In this document: positions 1 to 7,959 of the stretch, one piece after another | How the letters are laid out: each line of letters starts with the position of its first letter | Position numbering within the stretch: the stretch's first letter is position 1 | NCBI GenBank assembly: GCA_025451235.1 | Contig: JANWKT010000007.1 | Location: 249,511 to 313,510, forward strand | Direction of reading: 5' to 3' | Origin: Flavobacteriales bacterium | GTDB lineage: Bacteria > Bacteroidota > Bacteroidia > CAIKAF01 | DNA: 64,000 nucleotides | Position numbers and translations under genes: made by a program | The notes under the pieces: generated by a model | The model's database searches: none | The model's input: only the letters and a program-made list of their open reading frames with translations | Told to the model about the DNA's origin: nothing

Positions 1-2047
1 AAGCAGAACTTGTGCCCGAACCTGTGTTCACGGTATAGGTAAGCTTGTCTATATAAATTTCAAAATCATTGATCGAAGGTGAATCGGAAAACCTATATAC
101 CCTCCCTTCATTGGAAGAAGTAAAATAAATTTTACCATCAGGACCAATTTCTACATCTTCTACCTTATTAAAACTGGTAGCTCCCAGACCTGTAGCTATG
201 GACATCGAATTATTTCTATCAGCTTGTGTAACATTTGGTACAACTACCCAATAAGCAGTATTTCCCAAATACACATTCTGTCTAAGCACATATAAGGTTC
301 CTGCAGAAAGGTTTCCTGGTGTATTTGCAACAAATTTATATATATAGCTGGTGGATCCGGCATCCAATCCAAAATAGGAAGTAATACTATCTGCCCTAAA
401 ACAGATGTTTTCTTTTGTACTTCTGCCAAGTGCCCAGCACTTGTCGGATAACCCATCATTGTTATAGTCTACAATTTCTTTAGTAACCGGATCAATTTCT
501 ACATGCCATCCAACATCTGTATATCCGTCGGCATTCGCATCTCCACCGGTGATAGCTTCTTCGCTTACCACTACTGTTCCCCATGGAGTAATTCCTCCGG
601 AACAATTTCTTTCTGATTTAACTACATCAGTATAACTTATTGCTTGGGAACTATCCACGATCCATAAACCGGTGTATGGATTATAATGGAGATCTAATAC
701 AGAAACTCCTGCTGGATTGTTCTCGTGGTTGATGGAAAGATATCCATGTTCGCTGCTGTTGTTAATAGGTACATAAGCCGTAAAGTCATTGTTGGTTGGC
801 ATGGTACCACCTCCAACTATATAAGGATTTCCCTGCTGACATAAAACCTGAAATGTATGGGTGGAAGGAAGTATAAACAAGCCCGGTGACTGACAGGTGG
901 CTGCCAATGAGGTGAAGCATCCTATATTTTGGTTGGTACATCCACCTCCAACCAATGGTATAGGAGGAGATTCCATTAATTCCATTTCGAAATTCATATC
1001 CGAACTGGTAATAGCTTGCTGGTGAACTTCAACGGCAATTACATTGTTACCATTCATGAACAGGGATTTGCTGATTGGATAGGAGGCCCAGGCCGCAGTG
1101 CCTACAGCGGTTGTAGCGGTAGTGGTATAAGTGATGGTTCCGGCCGGTAAATTGATACGATTCGACTCAACTCCATTTACATAGATAACCGCCCCATCAT
1201 CCAGGTACATATTCAACTGGAATTGGTTAAATGTTGAAGTATCCGCAATAAAAATTGTTTTTCTAAAATAAGTGGTAATATATTTATTGGAAGCATTGGG
1301 ACCATAACTTACGGTGGTATTTTCTAATCTGCTCGCGGCAGTAGAATTGTATCCCAAAATACTTTTTCCGGAAACCCAGGATCCATCCGGAAAAGATACA
1401 TCTTTCCATACAGTACCCTGATCTGATCCATTGTCTAAATATTTCCAATCATCTCCACGTGCAATAAAAGTTCCTTCGGTAGAAGCAAGCAGTTCCAGAT
1501 TAAAACTTAAATCAGAACTGGTTACATCGTCCTGGTGCATTTCAACAGCGATTACGTTTGTTCCCGCAACTAATAAGGAAGGATTGATCGTAAAATGGTG
1601 GTACACATTTTCAAAATGACCACCAATATTACCAGGGGCAAGTGTAGTATAGTTGATAGCACCTACAGGCATATTTTGCCTGGCTATTTCCACTCCATTC
1701 AAATAAATAACAGCTCCATCATCAGCCCTGATCCCCAATAATAAACTTTTTAGGATGGCCGGATTGGTTACATTGAATGATTTTCTAAAATAAGTGGTGA
1801 TATATTTATTGCTTGCATTAGGACCATAGCTAACTACGGTGGCTTCTCCCCCATCACCATATCCCAACTCCGAAGCACCTTCAGGCCATGATGAATCATC
1901 AAAGCCGGGGGCATACCAGGCAAAACCCTGATCTGTACCGTTGTCAAGATACTTCCAACTTGCACCAGGCAAGATGAGTGTAGTATTGCCTGCAAATAAT
2001 GCAGAAACCAACAGAGTAAGTACTAGCAAAAGGCAACATCTTTTCAT
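1..2047 (-). CDS. Secreted PhoX-like (DUF839 beta-propeller) phosphatase-family protein, C-terminus cut by the window edge; two duplicated ~174-aa beta-sandwich modules at the N-terminus
   Basis: Absent from the ORF track because it has no stop inside the window. The reverse frame is open from ATG (2047-2045) down to nt 2 where I checked it by hand. Signal peptide MKRCCLLLVLTLLVSALFA. The string ERNCSGGITPWGTVVVSEE (about 560-620) matches the NC[AS]GGxTPWGT..EE signature of PhoX/DUF839. WKYLDNG..W....FDDS.W module occurs twice. Confidence 0.7.
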   Translation of the reverse strand, partial: MKRCCLLLVLTLLVSALFAGNTTLILPGASWKYLDNGTDQGFAWYAPGFDDSSWPEGASELGYGDGGEATVVSYGPNASNKYITTYFRKSFNVTNPAILKSLLLGIRADDGAVIYLNGVEIARQNMPVGAINYTTLAPGNIGGHFENVYHHFTINPSLLVAGTNVIAVEMHQDDVTSSDLSFNLELLASTEGTFIARGDDWKYLDNGSDQGTVWKDVSFPDGSWVSGKSILGYNSTAASRLENTTVSYGPNASNKYITTYFRKTIFIADTSTFNQFQLNMYLDDGAVIYVNGVESNRINLPAGTITYTTTATTAVGTAAWASYPISKSLFMNGNNVIAVEVHQQAITSSDMNFEMELMESPPIPLVGGGCTNQNIGCFTSLAATCQSPGLFILPSTHTFQVLCQQGNPYIVGGGTMPTNNDFTAYVPINNSSEHGYLSINHENNPAGVSVLDLHYNPYTGLWIVDSSQAISYTDVVKSERNCSGGITPWGTVVVSEEAITGGDANADGYTDVGWHVEIDPVTKEIVDYNNDGLSDKCWALGRSTKENICFRADSITSYFGLDAGSTSYIYKFVANTPGNLSAGTLYVLRQNVYLGNTAYWVVVPNVTQADRNNSMSIATGLGATSFNKVEDVEIGPDGKIYFTSSNEGRVYRFSDSPSINDFEIYIDKLTYTVNTGSGTSSA
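1262..1845 (-). repeat. Internal domain duplication in the PhoX-like gene (period 522 nt = 174 codons)
   Basis: Near-identical ~60-nt cores at 1262-1320 and 1784-1845, both encoding (V)SYGPNASNKYITTYFRK in the same frame. Confidence 0.8.
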
Positions 2048-2057
2048 ATTCTTCAGT

Positions 2058-2072
2058 GTATAAATTTTATAC
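2058..2072. other. 15-nt AT-rich palindrome GTATAAA-T-TTTATAC, 11 nt upstream of the PhoX-like start codon; function unknown
   Basis: 7-nt perfectly complementary arms read directly from the sequence. AT-rich, so it could be chance. Confidence 0.3.
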
Positions 2073-2459
2073 AACAAATGTATGGGGGGAATATGAACAT
2101 GAAGTATTTGATCTGTTATCGATCATTTACTTCTATATAAATTCAAGATGTATTTAATGTTACCTACAAAAAAGAAAAAAACAGAATAGAAAAATAAAGT
2201 TCAACTTAACTTAAGACTCAGGTAACGTTGAAAATAATTGTATCATTTAATATATAGCTAATCCATGGTCCGTAAAAAAAACAGGTTCGTATTATTTAAA
2301 CATCAAAAGAAGGTTAAGTAGAAAATCTTCGCTTAACATTTTTTTTCGGCCTAAGGGTTAACCCTGATATTGAAGCATTGAACGGAATGGAAGGCAACCA
2401 TTTCAAATCTTCATCCATCTTTTAATCAGAACAAATTATGAAACCAATTCTGTAATGCT

Positions 2460-3821
2460 ATGAAAACAGCAATCACTATTTTATTGTCCTTACCGATCGT
2501 ATTCCTTTCTTATGCCCAAACTTCTGTGAACCTAAGCCCGGTTCATGATAATTATATTGAAACCTATGGAGGAGGTACCGGAAAAAACAGCTTCTTTAAA
2601 TTCGATATATCTACCATACCCCCGGGGGCAGTGATCACGGCGGTGGATTTTCATGCCTATTCTTTCTATCACCAGCCAAGCTGGGATGGAGATGTAAGGT
2701 TTATCAGATATAATAACCAGGCTTGGCTTGAAACCGACAGTAATGTGTATACCTGGAATACTTTGTTTTTTGCTGATACTGTTATTCAAATGGGCGGATT
2801 TGGAATGGTGAATGGATTTTCCACCTCCGACGATCTTACTCCATTATTTACTGCAGACTATTCCATATCCAATACTTTCTTTTCCTTTTTGATGAAAGAT
2901 GTAGACGATGGTACCGTGGCACCTATGATGACTGGGGTTCCTTTTAATAATGCAGATAGCATATTATGCGGAAATATCTTCAATAATAAAATGGGGATGA
3001 GGCCGAGGAATTATTCAAATCCCAACCAGCGTCCTTTTTTAACCGTGAGCTATGGTTTACCTCCAACTTGTTTTTTAGATCCGGGACAGATTGTTTGTGA
3101 AGGCGATGTACTCCTGATGGATAGCGGAATTGTTTCGGGTGATGGACCTTTTGCTTATCAATGGTTATTTGATGGTAATCCTATTCCGGGAGCTACCTCA
3201 AGCAGCCTTGTGATCAATCCACTTCAGCTAAGTGATTCAGGAGCATATAGCCTGATCGTAACAGGTCCATTTGGCATTGATACCAGCAACCAAGCCATCA
3301 TGGATATTTCTCCACTGCATTTGCCCTTGTTGGGTGCCAACATTGATACCTGCGAAAATGCCATTATCCATTTGGATGCCGGTGCAGGATTTTCGAATTA
3401 TGCCTGGTCGGTGGGATCAAGCACCACTCAATTATTAGATGTAGATACTGCATTGGTAGGAATTGGGACAACCAACGTCATAGTTAGTGTATTCAAACCG
3501 GATGGATGCTATAGCTATGACACCATTAGCATCACCTTCAATGATTGTGGTTCAGGTATTGAATCCTTGGAAAACCAGTCGTTGGAAATTTACCCCAATC
3601 CTCACCATGGATCATTTAGTTTGGTAGTTCCACCATTAGCGGAAAGTGGTAGACTTGAAATATTAAATGGATGGGGAGAAGTGATCTATTCAATTTGGGT
3701 AGATGCCAATATGGATGAACAAAATATTCAGGTGAATATAGCCCAATACGCCAATGGGTTATATATGATCAGGTTTCATCATCAGGGAATCAGATTCCAG
3801 ACAAAAACAATTAAACAATAG
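2460..3821 (+). CDS. T9SS-sorted secreted protein: DNRLRE/CBM96-like N-terminal module, Ig-like domains, type A C-terminal sorting domain
   Basis: 453-aa ORF. Signal peptide MKTAITILLSLPIVFLSYAQ. FFKFDISTIPPGAVITAVDFHAY resembles DNRLRE-type modules. YQWLFDGNPIPGATSSSLVINPLQLSDSGAYSLIV is Ig-like. C-terminus LEIYPNPHHGSFSLVV...GLYMIRF is a T9SS CTD. Confidence 0.8.
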   Translation: MKTAITILLSLPIVFLSYAQTSVNLSPVHDNYIETYGGGTGKNSFFKFDISTIPPGAVITAVDFHAYSFYHQPSWDGDVRFIRYNNQAWLETDSNVYTWNTLFFADTVIQMGGFGMVNGFSTSDDLTPLFTADYSISNTFFSFLMKDVDDGTVAPMMTGVPFNNADSILCGNIFNNKMGMRPRNYSNPNQRPFLTVSYGLPPTCFLDPGQIVCEGDVLLMDSGIVSGDGPFAYQWLFDGNPIPGATSSSLVINPLQLSDSGAYSLIVTGPFGIDTSNQAIMDISPLHLPLLGANIDTCENAIIHLDAGAGFSNYAWSVGSSTTQLLDVDTALVGIGTTNVIVSVFKPDGCYSYDTISITFNDCGSGIESLENQSLEIYPNPHHGSFSLVVPPLAESGRLEILNGWGEVIYSIWVDANMDEQNIQVNIAQYANGLYMIRFHHQGIRFQTKTIKQ

Positions 3822-3829
3822 CCTTTTTT

Positions 3830-3857
3830 ACCCAGCCTACCAGAAGACAGGCTGGGT
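3830..3857 (+). terminator. Terminator-like hairpin after the 2460-3821 gene (9-bp stem ACCCAGCCT/AGGCTGGGT, 10-nt loop)
   Basis: Perfect 9-bp inverted repeat starting 9 nt after the stop. There is no U-tract on the + strand (T-run lies on the 5' side), so the call is tentative. Confidence 0.45.
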
Positions 3858-3924
3858 ATAAAAGGTCAAAAAAAAATGCCGACGAATTGATTATTTTATA
3901 TCTTTAGTATATCAATCCAGGAGC

Positions 3925-5874
3925 ATGAAGACAATTTTTACTCTTTCCATTTTATCTCTCTATTTTTTTACCCCTTTATTTTCTCAAACCTATGCGTTAG
4001 ACCTGTCTGTTCAACTCACTGCCAGCACCGGTGCCGTATCGGTAGGTTTGGAATGGCCGTCGTATCCGGGAGTAACCCAATATAATGTGTACCGTAAACT
4101 TCCCAGTGGAGGTTCATGGGGTGCTGCCATTGCCACCTTACCAGGAACAGACACGGTATATTATGATAATACGGTTGCCATGGGAACCGCATACGAATAC
4201 AGGGTAGACCGTGTTGCCTCTACAACCGGAGTGGGTTATGCATTAAGCGGGGTAAATGTCAAACTCAATTATAACAATGGGATCATGATCCTATTAACGG
4301 ATAGTTTCTTTTTACCTGCACTGAATACAGAAATTGCTCAACTGGTGAATGACTATGAGGCCGATGGCTGGTATGTAAAACAAGTGAATATCAACCGTAA
4401 CAGTTCGGTAGCTTCTGTAAAAAGCCAGATTGTGGGTGTATTTAACCAGGATCCAGCTAATACAAAAGCGTTAATGCTGCTCGGACATATTCCTGTCCCC
4501 TATTCAGGACTTATCAATCCTGACGGGCATGGGGATCATTATGGTGCCTGGCCTGCAGATATATTTTATGCTGAAATGGATGGAAACTGGACGGATGCCA
4601 GCGTAAATGATGTATCTGCCACAGATCCAAGAAACCGGAACATTCCGGGTGATGGAAAATATGATCAAAGTGTATGCCCATCATTGGTAGAACTACAAGT
4701 GGGCAGGGTTGATTTCTATGATCTCCCGGCATTTACCGCTACCGAAGAGCAGTTGATGCAAAATTATTTGAATAAATTACACTCCTTCAAAATCAGGGGC
4801 TTCATCCCGAATGATGTAGCAGTGGTAGAAGATAATTTTGGTGGGTTCACCGAAGGTTTTAGCGCAAGCGGATATAAAAATTTCTCTGTTGCTGTTGGAC
4901 CTGCTAATATTTTAACGACAGATTGGTTGCCCACACTGGATACGCTCGATGCACTCTGGAGCTATGGCTGTGGAGGCGGTTGGTACCAGGGAGCTGGTGG
5001 AATTGCTACCAGTACTGATTTTGCTACCTACTCGGTTCAATCAGTTTTTAATATGCTGTTCGGAAGTTATTTTGGGGATTGGGATGTGCAAAATAGTTTT
5101 TTAAGGTCTGCATTAGGATCCGGAGCCATGTTAACAAATGCATGGGCCGGAAGACCTCATTGGCAATTTCATCAAATGGCTTTAGGATACAATATTGGAT
5201 ATTGTACCCAAAAAACACATAACAATACTTCCACCTATTTTACCTCCACGTTAGCACCTGGTTATTTCGGTAGATGGGTGCATATTGCCCTTATGGGAGA
5301 TCCATCCTTACGGTTACATTATATTGCACCACCCTCCAATCTAATCGCGGTTGAAGACGGCAATCATGTGGTTCATCTGAACTGGTCAGCCTCCACAGAA
5401 GCAGTGGCAGGCTATTATGTATTCAGAAAACTAATGACTGATATCAACTGGACCCTGGTCAATTCAAACATCACCGGTACCACCTCCTTGGATGATTCAA
5501 CCCTAACGAGTGGGGGGGATTATACTTATATCGTGAGGGCTGCACGAGATCAGCAAACCTATAGCGGAATTTATGAGAATTTAAGCCTGGGTAGTTTTGC
5601 CAGTATCAGCAGCAATTTAATAACTGAAAACAAACCAGATGCAATATTTACGATTTATCCAAATCCCACTATAGATTATATAACCGTTGATTTCCTAAAT
5701 AGTGTGGAAATAACTTCAGGTTCACTAAGGGTGTATAATTCATTGGGAGAAATGATCTATGTGCATGAGATAACTGCAGGATTGGATAAATTCACGATCC
5801 CATTAACCGGTTTAAGTGCAGGTGTTTATTATATAGAGATCGGAAATTCGGTAAGAAAGTTCATTAAAAAATAA
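3925..5874 (+). CDS. T9SS-sorted secreted protein with FN3-like modules flanking a large central domain; possible gingipain(C25)/clan-CD-like peptidase fold (tentative)
   Basis: 649-aa ORF. Signal peptide MKTIFTLSILSLYFFTPLFSQ. Central strings are LLGHIPVPYSG, PDGHGDHYGAWP, LQVGRVDFYDLPAFTATEEQL and WSYGCGGGWYQG (His before Cys). C-terminus IYPNPTIDYITVDF...GVYYIEIGN is a type A CTD. Confidence 0.7.
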   Translation: MKTIFTLSILSLYFFTPLFSQTYALDLSVQLTASTGAVSVGLEWPSYPGVTQYNVYRKLPSGGSWGAAIATLPGTDTVYYDNTVAMGTAYEYRVDRVASTTGVGYALSGVNVKLNYNNGIMILLTDSFFLPALNTEIAQLVNDYEADGWYVKQVNINRNSSVASVKSQIVGVFNQDPANTKALMLLGHIPVPYSGLINPDGHGDHYGAWPADIFYAEMDGNWTDASVNDVSATDPRNRNIPGDGKYDQSVCPSLVELQVGRVDFYDLPAFTATEEQLMQNYLNKLHSFKIRGFIPNDVAVVEDNFGGFTEGFSASGYKNFSVAVGPANILTTDWLPTLDTLDALWSYGCGGGWYQGAGGIATSTDFATYSVQSVFNMLFGSYFGDWDVQNSFLRSALGSGAMLTNAWAGRPHWQFHQMALGYNIGYCTQKTHNNTSTYFTSTLAPGYFGRWVHIALMGDPSLRLHYIAPPSNLIAVEDGNHVVHLNWSASTEAVAGYYVFRKLMTDINWTLVNSNITGTTSLDDSTLTSGGDYTYIVRAARDQQTYSGIYENLSLGSFASISSNLITENKPDAIFTIYPNPTIDYITVDFLNSVEITSGSLRVYNSLGEMIYVHEITAGLDKFTIPLTGLSAGVYYIEIGNSVRKFIKK

Positions 5875-5888
5875 AGAAAAAGGCAATC

Positions 5889-6134
5889 ATGAAAAAGCTC
5901 ATCATTTCTACCTTTTCAACCGCAATACTCATTTTCAGTTTTTCCTGCAAACCAGATTGCACTCCACCTGCTGCGTCCAGCAATTGTATCAACCCTGCTT
6001 TAATTGACAGTAATGCTGTTTGTCAAGATATTCTTGCTCCGGTTTGTGGCTGTAACGGGGTTACTTATGAGAACGCATGTGTTGCGGACGCGAATGGTGT
6101 TACCAGTTATGTACCGGGCGAATGTTGCCAATAA
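5889..6134 (+). CDS. Kazal-type protease-inhibitor-domain lipoprotein
   Basis: 81 aa. Signal peptide ending in the lipobox-like FSFSC. CQDILAPVCGCNGVTYENACVADANGVTSYVPGEC matches the Kazal pattern (PVCG-x-[DN]G-x-TY-x-N-x-C plus flanking Cys). Starts 14 nt after the upstream stop. Confidence 0.8.
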   Translation: MKKLIISTFSTAILIFSFSCKPDCTPPAASSNCINPALIDSNAVCQDILAPVCGCNGVTYENACVADANGVTSYVPGECCQ

Positions 6135-6217
6135 AGATCATTGCATTTTTGGAATGGTCCCGTAGAAAATTGAACCAATGATGAATACCAGGGTATACTA
6201 CTAAAATCTTGCATTTC

Positions 6218-7426
6218 ATGAAATTGTCCAAAACCCTTCCTTTGTTTTTTCTCCTCTATCTAAGTATGGGGGCTAAGTCCTTTGCTGAGCCCTTGTTCAT
6301 TAACTTCAATGAGATGATCCAACAATCAAAGTACATTGTCATCGGAACATATTTAGGGGGGATCCAGAATGGTCAAATCACTTCATCAAAATTTAATTTT
6401 GAGGTGGAGGAAGTATTAAAAGGAGATATTGCGATGGGTAAAACCCACTTCAATCCGTCCTCCGGACATATCAGCTTACCTTTTGGTGAAAGATGTATTG
6501 CATTCGTTAAGGAAGACAATGGTTTCGAATGGGTGGGACATAATCAATCCGGCAAATCGATTACCGACAATAGCTTGTTATTTTTAGAAGGGTTTTACGA
6601 TTTCAATGCATATCTGGTAAGTCCTGCCACCCTTTCAGTAGCCCAGCTAAAAGAGTATATAAAAAACGGGTCATTCAGTGGAAGCATGTATGGTGATCTG
6701 CATTTCTTTTCAAATACCACAAAAAAAATGGAACCCTCCCCTATTCAGCTTGAAGTAAAATATACATATACCAAGGAAAATATATTGACAAGCGATGTAA
6801 AGTTAAATGGTATCAGCTTGAATGATTTTAAAAAGAAAGCAATATTTAATCTTCCTTGTTGGAGTTGGGATAACAATACGGTAACCATTCAATATGAATA
6901 TAACCTGGTACGTCCATTGGAGATCATCGGTAAGATCTTGGATATACATCCATCGGCCAATCGTTTTCGTATCCTATTTTGGTTGGATCGGCCTGAGGAA
7001 CTTATCTATGAAGAGTTTCTTACCTTTATCAAAGATCCTTCACTGGGGCATGCTTATTATGAACTCGAGGTATCAACTTCTGCAAAAAAAACGTATACCA
7101 TTATTTTAAATGAGGAACTGGGAAGAACAGGTAGGCTGCTGGATTATAACGAAAGGGATTTGGAAATTTTATCACTGAGTACGGGCCAGGAAAGAGAGAT
7201 CGTTTTCCGCCTGGGTGATGATGAATCCCTTATTTTATCGATGGACAGCTGCCTGATAAGTAAAGATGAATTAGAATTTGCAGGAGATGAGCTGATCCGG
7301 GAATTAAAATTAGGACCCATTCAGGCAACCATATATCATCAAGCCAAGAATGCAGATTTATATGTCGGTCACTGTACACTTTCTTATAAATCCACTAAAT
7401 TTGCCAGGAATCCGAATTATAAATAA
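6218..7426 (+). CDS. Secreted protein of unknown function (no T9SS CTD)
   Basis: The ORF track begins at TTG 6209. ATG 6218 gives MKLSKTLPLFFLLYLSMGAKSFA, a signal peptide. No motif I recognise. The stop overlaps the next start (TAATG). Confidence 0.7.
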   Translation: MKLSKTLPLFFLLYLSMGAKSFAEPLFINFNEMIQQSKYIVIGTYLGGIQNGQITSSKFNFEVEEVLKGDIAMGKTHFNPSSGHISLPFGERCIAFVKEDNGFEWVGHNQSGKSITDNSLLFLEGFYDFNAYLVSPATLSVAQLKEYIKNGSFSGSMYGDLHFFSNTTKKMEPSPIQLEVKYTYTKENILTSDVKLNGISLNDFKKKAIFNLPCWSWDNNTVTIQYEYNLVRPLEIIGKILDIHPSANRFRILFWLDRPEELIYEEFLTFIKDPSLGHAYYELEVSTSAKKTYTIILNEELGRTGRLLDYNERDLEILSLSTGQEREIVFRLGDDESLILSMDSCLISKDELEFAGDELIRELKLGPIQATIYHQAKNADLYVGHCTLSYKSTKFARNPNYK

Positions 7427-7884
7427 TGAAATATTTGTTCATCTTCATTTCTATTCTTGGTTTCTCCAACCAATGTAAAGCCCAATATTCCGACTATACT
7501 TTAAACAAAGAGGATTCCACGATCCTTTTAATGGAGCCCTATAAGATCGTTTCAAAAGGCAGATATAGTTCCTGGTTCTATATCAAGTTGAACGAAAGGA
7601 TAGCACCTCATCCCTATCATGTTTTATTTGAGATCATCAATACAGAAAACGATACTATTTCATTGATATTTGGAACCGAAGGTCATATCCAGCAGGTTAC
7701 AAGAAAGATGACGCTGGCACCTGGTGAAAAAGGTCTGGTAGAATACACCCTGGATCGAATAAAAATGGACGAAAGTTTTACCCAGGAAGGACAAATAGGA
7801 GTTTTTCAAAACGATGAATATGGATGTACAAACAGCCGCAGAGATCTCTCAGGGTCCTTCTTCATTTCGGGTAAATGGGAATAG
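7426..7884 (+). CDS. Small secreted protein of unknown function
   Basis: 152 aa. Signal peptide MKYLFIFISILGFSNQCKAQ. 1-nt overlap (TAATG) with the upstream gene suggests translational coupling. Confidence 0.65.
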   Translation: MKYLFIFISILGFSNQCKAQYSDYTLNKEDSTILLMEPYKIVSKGRYSSWFYIKLNERIAPHPYHVLFEIINTENDTISLIFGTEGHIQQVTRKMTLAPGEKGLVEYTLDRIKMDESFTQEGQIGVFQNDEYGCTNSRRDLSGSFFISGKWE

Positions 7885-7959
7885 GTACAACACCCTTGCA
7901 CATATGGGATTTTTTCAGTATTCTTGATCTGTAAAATACCGAACGCAGTTCACATTCTT

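Noticed and set aside
7924-7959. Upstream TTG or other early starts proposed by the ORF track (7924, 6209, 20178, 27264, 35295, 46551, 58285)
   Set aside because: In each case a downstream ATG yields a canonical signal peptide or the family-typical N-terminus (trxA MAVQITD, rsmD MRIISG). The upstream extensions add non-conserved residues. The longer forms cannot be excluded without homolog alignment.
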